Notes under the pieces: generated by a model
Told to the model about the DNA's origin: nothing
Database searches by the model: none
What the model saw: only the letters and a program-made list of their open reading frames with translations
Part shown: one piece after another, positions 13,199-26,318 of the stretch
How positions within the stretch are numbered: position 1 is the first letter of the stretch
How the letters are laid out: every line of letters begins with the position of its first letter
Source of the DNA: Octopus vulgaris
Taxonomy: Eukaryota
Length of the DNA stretch: 64,000 nt
Assembly: GCA_951406725.2 (NCBI GenBank)
Contig: OX597816.1
Span: forward strand, 130,138,001-130,202,000
Direction: 5' to 3'
Translations under genes and position numbers: made by a program

Positions 13199-13559
13199 TA
13201 AATGTTACATTTTTAATGAGATGGATGAGTTTGGCTCTTACAAGTATTTCTGGGAACAGTTTCAGTGAGGCACAGATGCATATCTTTCTCAACAGTTTTG
13301 CACAAAATTTGTTTTTGGTCATGTAGCCGAACACTTTGTTCACAAAAGCAAGTGGATGGGAACAGCAAAAGTCTCTTCACACATTTTCTAGGCACACTAG
13401 TTGTAATTCCAGTGTTCCCACAAACTTCACATACTTCCAACCACTCTTGCATATTCGTAAGTATATGTGTAACTTGATCTAACAACCTTGATTTAGGCAA
13501 TAGTTTTATTCAGATGCTGAGAACTTCAGTTTCACAAGTAAGAACGAGACATGAACAAA

Positions 13560-13805
13560 CTGCCGGCATCAATTGTTAGTTGTTGGAGCATTGCATCCTT
13601 CAAAACTTCCATGCTTCCTGAGATTCACCAACACTACACCTGATTTTCTCCCCGCCATACACACGCAAGCATGTATCTGACTCATACACTGTTCACTTTC
13701 CAGACATTTGTACATTACTGTATATGCTTTATACACACTTTTGACAAGTTGTGGTGCACCTGAGCACTGTATACAATAATTTCATTATTATTATATTATT
13801 ATTAT
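13560..13805 (+). mobile_element. CR1/L2-like LINE 3' end with (ATT)n tail
   Basis: gttgttggagcat..cttcaaaacttccatgc ORF-end remnant, 3' UTR and (att)n tail; clade is inferred. Confidence 0.5.
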
Positions 13806-13824
13806 GTTATGTTATACTAAAATC

Positions 13825-13869
13825 AACTGGAAATATAACAAACACAAATTCAACTTTAAAACCTTTATT
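13825..13869 (-). terminator. polyadenylation signal AATAAA with GU-rich downstream element
   Basis: Minus strand AATAAA (13864-13869) followed by ggttttaaagttgaatttgtgtttgttatattt. Confidence 0.55.
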
Positions 13870-16106
13870 ACACATTTTAGTTGTGAGAACACATTTTGGC
13901 TTGGAATGATACTTGGTAATGAAAATTCCAATTCTTCATGCTTTCCCTTTCTTCTAAAAGGTATGTTTCCCTTTTCCAAAATTTGAAACAAATAACTACA
14001 GGATCCCATTTTAATTTTTTTTTCTTATTTTTAATGTCCTTTTGGTTTGATTTTTTTCAATATGAAGATTTGACAATCAGTTTAAACATTGTTGCATACC
14101 TAACAGGTTGTGGGAGGAGAAGGGGGAGATAAAATAAGTGATAAACATAGTTGGGATAATTCCTTTCATATACAAATATGATATCTGATTGGTTTCCATT
14201 CTTGCAATAGAAATTTTACAATATATTTTATGTCTTTATCTTTAATTTTATGCATTTTCTTTAAAATTTCTGTATTATTATTATTATTATTATTTTAAAG
14301 AAACCTTTCAAGGTTTTATTTAATGTAATGGTAGACAACACGAGGAAATGGTAGAAGGAACAGATGTTGAATAACAAATACAGAGTTGAGCTCTACATCA
14401 AATACCAAACCATTGATGAAGGAAAGTGGCAGTAATAACTGCAAATTCATTATCCAACTGATAATCTATACAAACTTCATCCTGTGGGCTAATGGTAATT
14501 TTCTTTCTTTTAAACTTTTTTTAAAATTAATTTGCCTTCCCCTTTTTGTTTATCTGTGAATTCTGGATGTTGTAAAATTGTGTAGAATGAAAAAAATTCC
14601 AATAGAAAAGTTAATGTCTCAATCTGAATCACCAATTCCCATTAAATGAATCTCATTTTTTTAAAAATCAAATTTTCATGTAATCACTCAATATAATTTT
14701 ACATTATTTCTCCAAGCAAGCATAGAGGAGAGTATTAATTTACAAAAAGATGTTACAGATATGACAAGTATGTCAATAACTCAAGCTTGAATTGGAGATT
14801 GTTTCGCTTAATTTTACCTAGTAGGAAATTAAATTAAAAATGATTAAAAAATAAAGAAAAAATCTCATTGTATTTATTGACTAAATTTATGAATTAATAA
14901 AATGACAATTTTAACTAGACAACTTTTTAAATTTAAAAAAAAGAATAAACAGTTCAAGTGAAATAGAGTGTAAAAAAGGAAATTACTACTAACCAAGGAG
15001 GAAAGGAAAAAAAGTGGGAATTTAATGACTAATAAAAGATAAAGCAAAACTAAATATTATTTCTAGAAAGAAAATAACCTGAATAATAAAACTATAAGAA
15101 CTGAATTTGAAGATACTGGTTTGCAAATAGAGAATACAAGGTAAAAGCTCCTAATCAAATTGAGAAAGAAACTATTGAAATAGTTCTTATTTGCCCAGCA
15201 AAAGACAATTTGATAATACAAGCACTTTAGCAGCCAGAGAGGCATATATTTGTTTTATTTACAGTGAAATCCTGATGTTAGATGATTTCATTTTAGATAA
15301 AGTATGTGGTTTTTATTAATTATATAATTTTTTTTACAACCCCAAATATATTTTCTTTCATTTACATACCTACAAATATTTCTTCATAATTGTCATTATA
15401 TATATATATGTGTATATACATATAACGCATCTGTGAACATCTGTGTACATATATATATATAATGTTTATGTATGTGTGTATATGTATGTGTGTGTGTATA
15501 CATATAAGTATGTATATGTGTACATAAGCATATGCTTCTGTGTATGTGATTTTTGTAAAAAGATATGTTGGAAGGGTATGCTAATTATATATATATATAC
15601 CCTTTAGAAAATTGAGTAAAAGTGGAGAATAGGGAGGGATGTCTGGGCTAGGTTTAATCAACACCGTGCCTTTATTTGATCAATAAACTCATATAATGGT
15701 TACTCAATATATTTTATATAATTTTTCTTCCAGGAAATCTGTAAAGGATTTGGTAGTTGATATTTCTTTTTACAACATTGTTGCTATGTATTAGATGGTT
15801 ATTGACATCAGCAAAGGAGATGGTATTGAACAGACATAAAAAAAAAAGTAGAAGTCAAAGTAAGATTCAAGCTGTTTAAAATCCAGTCACTGAAATTAAT
15901 GGAGTGCAGTTTCTTCCCTGTCTATAATTGTTGAAAAAAAAAAAACAAGACAAGGTAAGACAGAAAGCAAAAGCCTGTATTTTCATGAGGCAGAATGAGG
16001 TGAGGGAGAAAGAAAGAGAGGAGAGAGGAGGAGAAAGAGAGAAAGACAGACAGACAGAGATCTGTAACCTGCTGGAACTGCCAGGCATATCTTTGGGATT
16101 ATTGTA
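13850..16106 (-). other. probable AP1G1 3' UTR (about 2.25 kb)
   Basis: Unique, TE-free, U-rich sequence after the stop codon, ending at a poly(A) signal; several proximal AATAAA also present. Confidence 0.55.
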
Positions 16107-16208
16107 TCATTGCCACAGATTTTCCGGAAAGTTGCTCACTTCACTCATCTCAGTAACTGTGTTGCCATTCTGGGAATATGAAAGCTTGATACGCATACGA
16201 AGAGGTTG
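16107..16208 (-). CDS. AP1G1: AP-1 gamma adaptin last coding exon
   Basis: QPLRMRIKLSYSQNGNTVTEMSEVSNFPENLWQ then stop TGA; matches the ...NFPPQSWQ C-terminus. Confidence 0.97.
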   Translation of the reverse strand, partial: QPLRMRIKLSYSQNGNTVTEMSEVSNFPENLWQ

Positions 16209-16609
16209 CTGAAATTAGTTAAAAGATAAATAAGTGGTTATTAGAGAGGGGGGAAATGTCATAGTTTGCCTCGTTCTTTCAAGCTGTAGAATATGTTTGC
16301 ATATACAAGCAGAAGATAGAATAGTCAATACATGTAGCAGAATACATTTATTTTTCTGAAACTGATGCTTCACTGCATTACTACTCAGCATCTAACGAAC
16401 ATGTGTATGTGCAGGTATACTCATTCACCTTCATACATATCCTCTCTGGTTTAGTCACATTACTATATAAATATATATAGACATATATATATATGCATAC
16501 ATACATATATATATATATATATATACAATATGTACATATATCTACACATATACTCATATGTAGATATATGTACATATGTGTGTGTATACACACACACACA
16601 CAATGGATT

Positions 16610-16960
16610 TTATATATTTATTAAAGGGTTACACATGTTTCTGATAAATGTTAGAGGGGACTAGTTCCCTTGTATTAATCAACCAATCTATAGTTAATTG
16701 ATTGGGAGTGGGGAAAGAGTAGTCTCACACTTTTATCTTCCTCAGAGCCACAAATAAAGTGATTGGCAAAAGACTGACAATTTTGGTCAAATTCCTTTCT
16801 TTTGGCAGTCAATCTATTTGTGGCTCTGAGGAAGTGTATTCTATTTCTTTTTTGTTTTGTTTCAATCGATTGACTATGGATTGATTAATACGATTAAATT
16901 ATGTCACTAGTTCCTTTCAACATTTACCAGAAACATGTGTGAGCCTTTAATAAATGTATA
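16610..16960. repeat. long inverted repeat with hammerhead-like motif in each arm (last AP1G1 intron)
   Basis: cttcctcagagccacaaata / tatttgtggctctgaggaag; outer arms acacatgtttctgataaatgtt / aacatttaccagaaacatgtgt. Confidence 0.8.
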
Positions 16961-17277
16961 AAATCCATTATCTGCATGTATCTTCAGCAATGTATCAGTT
17001 TCTCTTGGTAACTGTACCAGATTTGCAGTTGTTGAGTTTGGATTATCTGGATTCCTACATCTATCACAGGTCATATTTGTTAGCCTGGTGTATCTTCATT
17101 TACAAAGAGCTTATGGAGTATGTTATTAGGATTATCAATCCCTTTTTATTTTGATATATCTTAGAGATGAAGCTCTTTCAATAACTTCCTATTGTCTGGA
17201 AGATGATCAATGCATTGAAATAAGCTAACTGTTTATGTTACTCAAGAGAAAGCCCATAACCCACTGTTCTGAATTAA

Positions 17278-17496
17278 CTCTTTCAGTATCAACTTGCTTG
17301 AGACTGCCCTTAGTTCTATGATACAAATTTCCCGTTTTAAGATGATCTAAATTAAAATGGTCAACCAAATTTTCATGTCAATTTATGTTTCAAATACCAG
17401 AATAATAACGACAAACTTATACTAAATTCATCATTATTATCAAAATCAAGTGAAACAAAGGTAGTGAATTTCAACAGAAATATAGTAACAAAAGGG
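17278..17496. mobile_element. piggyBac-type MITE (degenerate)
   Basis: TTAA|ctcttt ... agaaatatagtaacaaaaggg|TTAA; right end shared with 19272-19889. Confidence 0.7.
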
Positions 17497-17994
17497 TTAA
17501 AATTTCCCTCAAGTAACTCTACCTTCCATCCTGCTGACATCAATCATTATACTATACACTTCAGTTAACCTGCCTGAAAATTTATCAATTCCACATTGTG
17601 TATAGGTCAATTAATGTTGAGGACTAGGATCCAGTTGTAAAATGCCTACCTAAATAAGTTAATGTAATTTTTAAATGTCATCAATTCCCTACAAGCAAGG
17701 ATAGATATTAAAAAAATATTACTGAAGCAATTATAGTTTTTTGAACTGGATGATCAACAAAAAGGGATTTAGAGAAAAGCAAATTATAAAATAAGACAGG
17801 ACTAGATTGATGCTATACCTTAAAAATTAAAAGATAAGGTGAAATAGAGAAAAAAAAAAAGAATTTTCATGATGAGAATTTTATATTTCTGATGAATTTA
17901 TTATAAAAGCCAGCTCCTAAAACATTTTATATATTAGTTAAAGGATTTTTGTTTTTCTGTTAAATAAGTATATTTTTATATGGTTATCTTCTAT

Positions 17995-18380
17995 CTTTTA
18001 CTTGTTTCATTCATTGGGCTGCAGCCATGCTGGGGCACCACTCTGAAGGGTTTAGTCAAACAAATCAACCCTAGAGCTTAATTTTTTTTAAGGTCTGCTA
18101 CTTGTCTTATTGGTGTCTTTTGCTGAACTACCAAGTTACAGGGATGTAAACAAATTAACACCAGTTATCAAGTGGTGGTGGTAGGGATAAACATAAGCAC
18201 AAAGACAGGCAGATACACACACACACTCTTCTGCAGTTTCTGTCAATCAAATTCACTCACAAAGCATTGGTTGTCCCATGGCTATATCAGAAGACACTTG
18301 CCCATGGTGCCACACAGTGGGACCTGAAACTATGTGGTTGTGAAGCAAGCTTCATAACCACACAACCATAACTGTGCCTA
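17995..18380 (-). mobile_element. tRNA-headed SINE family 3 with central (CA)n
   Basis: Minus-strand head tggttgtgtggttatgaagcttgcttc.. (A-box-like), ccatgggcaagtgtcttc core, gactgaaacaagtaaaag-type tail. Confidence 0.8.
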
Positions 18381-18449
18381 TACACACACACAAACAGAGT
18401 GCACATTGTTTGTAGCAAGCTGTGCTTATATAGACATCCACACACATAC

Positions 18450-18548
18450 CTTCTGGGGATTATTCACTTTGATTATTTGACTGACAGCTCCCTTGTTTTG
18501 GGCTGGAATGGCATTTCCTGACGGAGACAAGAGTTGCAGTTGGAATGA
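18450..18548 (-). CDS. AP1G1: AP-1 gamma adaptin ear exon
   Basis: SFQLQLLSPSGNAIPAQNKGAVSQIIKVNNPQK, cag|..|gtatgt. Confidence 0.96.
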
Positions 18549-19271
18549 CTGAAAAATTAAATAGTGAAAGTTGGGTTTAATATCTCTCAATGATTATCAG
18601 AAAAAAAGAGAAGAACATTAAGAACAGACACACACAAGAAAAGACTAAAATAAAGAGAAAAGAGAAGTAATGCTGAAAAATTGATCAACATATACCAGCA
18701 TGAAAAACTAGAAATCAAAAATTATTTGATTATGCAAACAGCTACATTATTAACACAAATTCTCAGTATTATGTTCTGAAAAGTGTTCTAGTAAATTTTA
18801 TTTTTGTTTTGTTTTTTATTCTGATTCTTCACATATCTCTTTAAAAAAGTGTTGTTACAGACAGTCAACTGTCTATCTAAATGAAAAATTGACCAAAATG
18901 TTCTAATTGGAGAGTTTATCAATATTTACAGAGAGATGAATGAAGCTATGCTGTACTTGTCAATATGTTTATCTACTTTCTTAGAGGATATATTTTTCAT
19001 TCAATGTCAATTGAGGTTTATTGTTTAATACATACTTTAAATCATACAAAAGTCATACTGGTTGATTCTAGAAAAAATATATTCTGAAACCAATATCAGC
19101 ATCAAGCATTTCTTATAGAATTTATTACAAATGTTCTTAAATGAACATTTCTGTTCATAATGAAATACATTAATTCATTAATTTCACAATCAATGCTTTG
19201 AAGAGAATATATAACTGTCATAGAAATATATATGACATGTTGCAGTTTGGTTTATCAGTAAGTTGATTTAA

Positions 19272-19889
19272 CCCTTTTGTTACCAAACCGCCCGAAAAAA
19301 TTTTGGTTAATGTGACCAAACCGCCCAAAGCTACCTATCCATATTTAAATGAGAATATCAGAGCAAATCTCTTTAGTACATTTGTGAAAATACGTATTAT
19401 ACATCGTAAAGAGTTCAACTACAGTTTTGTACAAAAATTGAAGTGTAATTTTAATTCCGTGAATTTTGGGAGATTTTTTTCCGAAATTTGTTCCTATTGT
19501 GTTTTCAAAATTTGTATTCTGACAAAAAATGGGTATCAGAAAGTTACCCAGAATAACAAATTCTATCGTAAAATTTTGTTGTATACCCAATTGAATATTA
19601 GCTAATAACCCATGTTCTATAGCGATGTTTGAACAAAATTTTAATAATTTTATATTTTGTTGAATTTACCTGTATCTACCTGCAATTAGAGTCACTTTGT
19701 GACAAAAATTATAGTATAGAATTGGTTGAGAACATTTCATTAAATTATCTTCCAAAATTCACGTTAATATATTGATAAATAAAAAAGTTATAGTTGTTTA
19801 ATGAAACCAGACTAAATTTATGATTATGTTAGAAATTAATTGAAACACATAAGGGGTGTATTTTGGTCAGAAATATAGTAACGAAAGGG
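19272..19889. mobile_element. piggyBac-type non-autonomous element
   Basis: TTAA|cccttttgttac ... gtaacgaaaggg|TTAA. Confidence 0.85.
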
Positions 19890-21458
19890 TTAAGTGTATT
19901 TCTAATAAATTTTTTAAGTGAAATTTTTGGTGAGTAATACTTAATATTAACTTCAGAATATTTTTTATTTTCATGTATTTTTGGCTTAATTGACATCATT
20001 ATCTTTTCATGTGGATGTATCCTGAACAATGAGACTGTATAATATACATAACAAATAATTGTTATTGGCTCTGCATCTAATTCTGCCTACAGTAGGAAAG
20101 AAAAGTTATAATACTGATGGTGATTATAGTCTAGCTATAAACTCCCCTTTAATTACATTCTTTACAGCACAATGGAAACACATTTTTGTATCTCATGAAG
20201 AGGTGTTTGTAACCATACATGACTAACTTTTGAACCTTCAGGATAAAAATGCTAGTTATATGGGTTCTAGATATCCTTAATAATCTAAATTAGAAGATCT
20301 TCATATAAAGTTTCTCTATTGCAGAATTGACAGTGTACGCCAGGTCTTTGATTATCTTTCCCACTGACTTCTTTACATGAATTACCTATTTACTGTTACC
20401 TATAATTGCATATAATGTTGTACAAATGGCATTACACTACACTTCATTCTCTTTTTGCATTCAAACTACATGCACATAGAACCTCAACATTTCTTGAATT
20501 GGTAGACATACATATCAATCATAAATAGAAACTTTAAAAATGTGATAGAAGCAGAATCTCAAACAATGCTAAAATACATCATTAATGTTCCACTTAGCTA
20601 AAACCATCTTATTCTCTACAAATTCTAAGCCTTACCACCAACTGTGTAACGGTTTCTGATGTACAATATAACCAAAGTCTCAAAGGGATTTCTTTTTCAG
20701 GCCCATATGAAAAAAGCTACTCATTATAGAAGATGTAACCCAACTGTGGATACTCTGCTCATATCATGCATATAGAATGGTACTTTTATTAGATACACCA
20801 ACATTCTGGATTACATCCAAAATAAAAAAAAAAATCAGCCTAATAAATAAATCTTCACTCATTAACCATTTGCTAGAAAGTATCTGTGTCCTTTTGTTGC
20901 TAAAACAATGGCACTTGCTAACTATAAATTCCTTCTACCAAAATTCACTTGTCTGATCTGTTTTTTTTCATTTCAGCCCCTAGATTATGTATTAAGCCTT
21001 GCATTTTGCATAATTTTTTCTCCTCATACCTAAACTTGTCCAGTGTTTTTGCTCAAATACCAACCGCAGCGATGCAATCCATTTGTAATTTTTTTCTTTC
21101 AGGTGAGGAAGGTTTAAAAAGGTTTTGGCACTGCCCACTTTAATAAAATTATTAAAAATTAATCAGGAAAAGAAAACAAGGTTTCTTAAATGAAATAATG
21201 ATAGAGATGATGATGGTGGTGGTGGTGATTATGATGATAAACATGAGTGTGACTGCTTATTTTACTAATTTATGAGAGAAGTTAGTAAATTTAAGTCCCA
21301 AAACTCATACTATAGATGTTCTGTACATGTGGCTATAGATTTTCTACCTGACTCCTAAAATGATAACACAAATTAAATTACTGTGGTGTTCATAAAAAAC
21401 ATCAATCACTAAAGTCCAAGAGACTGAAAACAACAAAAACTAACTTAGAAATAATTAC

Positions 21459-21619
21459 CTTTGGAACGGCAGCCTGAAATACAAAGTCTGATATTGCCAA
21501 TGGAGTAGTGTTAGTAGCCTTAAGGTTGATGGTTGTGACACCACTCTGAGTCTCATCCTTTTCACAATGAAACTCAATTAACAAACCATTCTTATTGAAA
21601 GCCACAATAGGTGCTAAAC
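21459..21619 (-). CDS. AP1G1: AP-1 gamma adaptin ear (GAE) exon
   Basis: LAPIVAFNKNGLLIEFHCEK...DFVFQAAVPK. Confidence 0.97.
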
Positions 21620-22778
21620 CTACAAAAGAAAGAATTTAGTGTTAAAAAGAAAATACAAAGAATAATCAATATACATAATATATATGCATGCATTTACGTA
21701 CACATTCATGGGTATATGTATGCTTTCTAAGATTGCATGATTGTTTTTATCTATATCAAACTGGTTGCTAACAAAAATAACAAACATCTGTTGCTTTTAT
21801 GTTTGTTTTAGTTAATGTTTCAAAATATTAAATTTATGCAAGCACAAATGTTATTGTTTTGTTCATTTTCTATGTTGGCTGGTGTAGGATGGGTTGTCAT
21901 TGTCCAAATCAGTCCTTATTTGGAGTTATTACCTGTTAAATAAGTTAGAATACTTGTCTCATTCATATGTTCCATTTCTGGTAGGGTTTCTACAGCTGAA
22001 TGTCCAAATAATAATAATTCTACAGAGAGTACTAGGTGCATTTTATGTGTTTATGACTATCCTATTTGCAGATAGCAACATAATTTCTTAATATGTCTAT
22101 TAGATAGTCAGTTCAAGTGATTGAATCTGTAGAAAACAAGCCAGGTTTTCTTTGTTCTTCCCAAAATACAAACTTGGGAAGAACTGATAAAGTGAAACTA
22201 AAGGATGCTGGGCCTCAGAGAAGTGAAAAGATCAAAACCAGTGACAATAGGCCAGCCACATAATGCTCACTCAGAAAAACGTGTCTAACCTGATGATGAT
22301 GATACCTCTGCAATATAAGTAACATCAAAAAACACAAGCATCAAATGATGATAATAAAACTATATTCTCTCTTGACTAGTACATTTCAAGTGTTTTCTAG
22401 CAAGCCAACTTAATGAGTTATTATTTATTAACCCAATACACCAAAAATGTAAATTTGCCAAATTAAACTATTATCTTGCATACAGATTGAATTTACACAA
22501 CTCCCACTATTTTTTTCTGAAACACTAACTTATTTGATGATGAAACATGGAACATCATCTCCCTATCTCTTTCCTTTCTCTCATAATAAATATAAAAAGA
22601 TACAAATGTTTCTTTGGATTTATATGTATTAACAAAAACTGACTAAGATTTAACTGTTTGTTTTCTTAAGCATTATTATCTTTACATATAATATCAAATT
22701 TTAATTAGATTTAATATATAATTTATGAAATTTCATTCTCAATTTAGAGAACTGTAAATGAAACATAAAATCACTCAC

Positions 22779-22859
22779 CAGATTTGCCATTAATTTGATT
22801 GTTCAAAGGTGTAGATGAATGTATAAGGCCATCTATCAAATTATTCATTGAAGGGGGAC
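22779..22859 (-). CDS. AP1G1: AP-1 gamma adaptin hinge exon
   Basis: (G)PPSMNNLIDGLIHSSTPLNNQINGKS(G), 81 nt phase 1-1, tag|..|gtgagt; LIDGL resembles human LLDGL. Confidence 0.85.
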
Positions 22860-23756
22860 CTACAGTGAGAAAAGAATTTGTCATATTTTAGACAAGATGT
22901 GGTTCATAATGTAGTTTGGAGCTTGTAATGAAGCAACGTACAGTTTTGAATGATTTGTAGGTGGTGGAGAGAATTGTAGTAATACTGTGTTAAAACAAAA
23001 ATTTGTGGATGAGACTGTGTGGTTAAAAAACTTGCTTCTCAACCATGTGGTCTTAGGTTCAGTTCCACTGCACAACACCTTGGGCAAGTGTATTTCTTCG
23101 ATAGACTTGGGATGACCAAAGCATTGTGAATGGATTTGGTAGACAGCAACTAACAGTAGTCCATTATATGTATATGTGTGTGCATGCGCACACACCCTTG
23201 TTTTACCTTCATACAATGGTTGTAAACAAGCACCACTATCATACAAGCAATGTTGTTCATTTCCAGCCTTTTTTGTGGGGGAAAAAAAAGGGTCTGGCTA
23301 CAGGATATATGACCTCGGAAACAAAGTGAGGTTTGATGACAGGCATGGCATCTGACTGTTAGAAAATCTATCTCAACAAATTTTGTCTGACCCATGCAAG
23401 CATGGAAAAGTGGATGTTAAATAATAATGATGATATTTAGGAGAGGTGATGATTTTACTGTTTATAGGTTGGTCTTCTATGATCTGTTTAAGTAACCATA
23501 TTTTCTTGAAATTCACTAAGAATATCAAGTTTTGTTTTGTTGAAAGAGAGAGAGAGGGTGGATTTTCAAACACTGATAAAGCAATATTGTAAACTGGTTG
23601 ATATATCATTGATCTCTGTAAGCTATAGAGCTTATATAACATTTAGCTTTATAAGCTTACACTTTTATCTCAAACTGTTGTAAAAATTGAATTGTGTAAC
23701 AAAAAAGATGTGGAAGAATAGACAAAAATATTAAAAAAAACAAAAAACAAACTAAC

Positions 23757-23907
23757 CTGTATTTATATTGTCTGAATTGGTACTGCTGACGCCAACATCG
23801 AGAAGATCAAGAAGATCTGTGGCAGCAGTTGGTTTCTGTGGTTCTTGGTTGGTATTTATGACTGGATCAGATCCAAGATCACCAATAAGATCCAAAATAT
23901 TTTGACT
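23757..23907 (-). CDS. AP1G1: AP-1 gamma adaptin hinge exon with clathrin-box motifs
   Basis: SQNILDLIGDLGSDPVINTNQEPQKPTAATDLLDLLDVGVSSTNSDNINT(G); ILDLI and LLDLL motifs as in the gamma hinge. Confidence 0.92.
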
Positions 23908-24412
23908 CTGTAAACAATAGAATATAAAAATAACAAATTAGTTAGGGTCTGTTAGTGGAGATTTCAACATAGATTTTAAGATTACAATATTACAATAAAA
24001 CTAGCCATGTTGAATTTATATTTTTGAAAAGTATGTCACAAGATAATTGCTTAAAGCTAGTCTTCTTTCAATTTACTAACTCTAACAACATATTGATAAA
24101 ATACATGATTGGTACACAATTTAAATGATGCAGTTGTAAATTTCAAAATACTTTTAACAGTTCTGTAAGTAAATATGTATTTTAAACAACAAGAATCTGG
24201 TAAAATAATATTAACAACAATTTGTTGTAAACAAAAGATGAGTATGAGAAATCTAATTCATTTTTCTTTACCAGCAAAGATTGCTGGTTGAAACATTAAT
24301 TACTTAGATTCACATACAAATTAATTGTTAAACATTTAGGCACAATGTTTAAAAATTGTATTTTCTACAATTATACTACCAAACTTTAAACATTATGTAA
24401 TTTAAGATGTTA

Positions 24413-24457
<45 letters not shown>

Positions 24458-24663
24458 TCCATCTATACCGGATGTCGCTTCTCCCACCACCATTATAAGT
24501 GTCTACTCTTCGAACCCCCCTCTTCAATACGCTATTTCATCATGCATTACCCCTCTCTCGATATCCTACGTTCTACTTGCCTAGAACCTGTCATCATTTC
24601 TCTGAACCACCCCTCCCCACTGGTGCTCCCCTAGATTTCTGCCCCCCCCCACATACACAAAAG

Positions 24664-24899
24664 CCCCATCCGACCGTGGCCGATGCCAGACCCCTCTGGC
24701 ACCTGTGCAGGTGGCACGTAAAAAACACCCACTACACTCGCGGAGTGGTTGGCGTTAGGAAGGGCATCCAGCTGTAGAAACACTGCCAGACTAGACTGGA
24801 GCCTGGGGCAGTCCCGAGCTCCCCAGACCCCGGTCGAAACCGTCCAACCCGTGCTAGCGCGGAAAACGGACGTTAAACGATGATGATGATGATGATGAT
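24664..24899 (+). mobile_element. RTE-tailed SINE-like repeat
   Basis: Same family, (gat)n tail ends 16 nt from the donor of exon 24916. Confidence 0.85.
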
Positions 24900-24915
24900 A
24901 TGTATCTATATATAC

Positions 24916-25051
24916 CTCAGTGTGTTGAGTGTTCTGTACATTGGTCTTTTCAACATCTCCATTTAATAAGTCATTTTCTTGTAAACTTTCATTGTTGTAC
25001 ATACTCTGACGTTTACTCTCAATCAAAGGCATGTGTTCCAGCAGGGCACCT
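24916..25051 (-). CDS. AP1G1: AP-1 gamma adaptin exon (trunk/hinge)
   Basis: GALLEHMPLIESKRQSMYNNESLQENDLLNGDVEKTNVQNTQHTE, tag|..|gtatat, phase consistent. Confidence 0.9.
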
Positions 25052-25531
25052 CTACAAGAATAAATTCAAGATAAAATTATGAAGAAATATAAGATATAAA
25101 CAACAAAGCTGATTCCATAATAACAAGAGAAAATAGAATAAAATCAACAGGAATGTACACAAGAAAATGTCACATAAGACAGTGACACTGAGTTATGGCT
25201 TTAAAATGCAAGTAAATGGAGTTTGTAAAACACTACATAGTACTTCAGAGAAAGCTTTATAATGTAAGGCTAACCATTAACATGATATAAAAGTTTATGA
25301 ATAAAAACATTTAAATTTAAATGATGTTAAATAAAAACACTGGTAATTATTTAAATGAAAATAACTGGAATATAAAAAAACACCCAAAAAGAATAATAAA
25401 TATACAGAAATTTGTTCAGTATAAGGACTCTCAAGTGAAAGAATAGTCAAACAGAATCAGATATATCCTCACCATGAAATTTATCAAAAATTATGAGTAT
25501 TAGATATATAAAAGTTTGAAACAAGCCTTAC

Positions 25532-25636
25532 CTCATATGATCATATTTGGAGAAGAGAGAAGAATATTCTATAGATCGCTGCTGTAATTCTACTATAGTA
25601 CTCCGACTATATTTAATAATTGCATCTTTAATTTTT
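25532..25636 (-). CDS. AP1G1: AP-1 gamma adaptin exon (end of trunk)
   Basis: KIKDAIIKYSRSTIVELQQRSIEYSSLFSKYDHM(R); VELQQR motif. Confidence 0.95.
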
Positions 25637-25744
25637 CTGTAAATTTAAAAATAAACACCAACTTAAATTAGCACATAGATTTAAAAAAGCTAATAATATT
25701 TAAGAAGCATATAAATGAACAGACATAGACAAGAAGATATATCT

Positions 25745-26108
25745 TTTTCTTTTATCAGTTTTAGACACTGGACTGCAGCCACGCTGGGGCACTGCTTTGA
25801 AGGGTTGTGTTGAACAAATTGATCCCAGTACTTTTTAAGTGATTACTCTAGTGATCCCTTTAGCTGAAACACTAAGTTACAGGGATGTAAACAAACCAGC
25901 CCTGGTTGTTAAGCAGTGATGGGGCACAAAAGTAACACACACACACAATGGATTTCTTCCAGTTTCTACCTATAAAATCCACTCACAAGGCTTTAGTTGG
26001 GCTAGGGGCTTTATTAGAAGGTACTTGCCCAGGGTGTTGTACAGTGGAACTGAACTCAAGACTACATGGTTGAGAAGCAAGTTTCTTACTGATACAGCCA
26101 TGCCTACA
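25745..26108 (-). mobile_element. tRNA-headed SINE family 3
   Basis: Same architecture. Other copies at about 3960-4130, 6690-6825, 9050-9386, 11035-12265 (split by the MITE), 23012-23430 (+), 27250-27812, 33292-33380 (+). Confidence 0.8.
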
Positions 26109-26187
26109 CCAATGACCATTTATAAACCAAAATTTCTAAAACAATAAATAAAAAAATATTTAGAAATTAAATTTAGCAATTACTCAC

Positions 26188-26318
26188 TTCGAAGAAAGTT
26201 CTGAAAATCTGGTACTAAGTTTCAGTAGTGCTGTTATGGCATATTCTTTAGATACAATAGAAGAATTGTTGTTAGAGAGGACTTTCTCTAAAGCAGATAT
26301 AACATCATCTTCTTTTAC
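26188..26318 (-). CDS. AP1G1: AP-1 gamma adaptin exon
   Basis: VKEDDVISALEKVLSNNNSSIVSKEYAITALLKLSTRFSELSS(K), cag|..|gtgagt. Confidence 0.95.

Noticed and set aside
13213-13500. Cys-rich 95-aa ORF (CEVC, CFC)
   Set aside because: No recognisable domain or splice context; sits between repeats and is probably decayed TE sequence.
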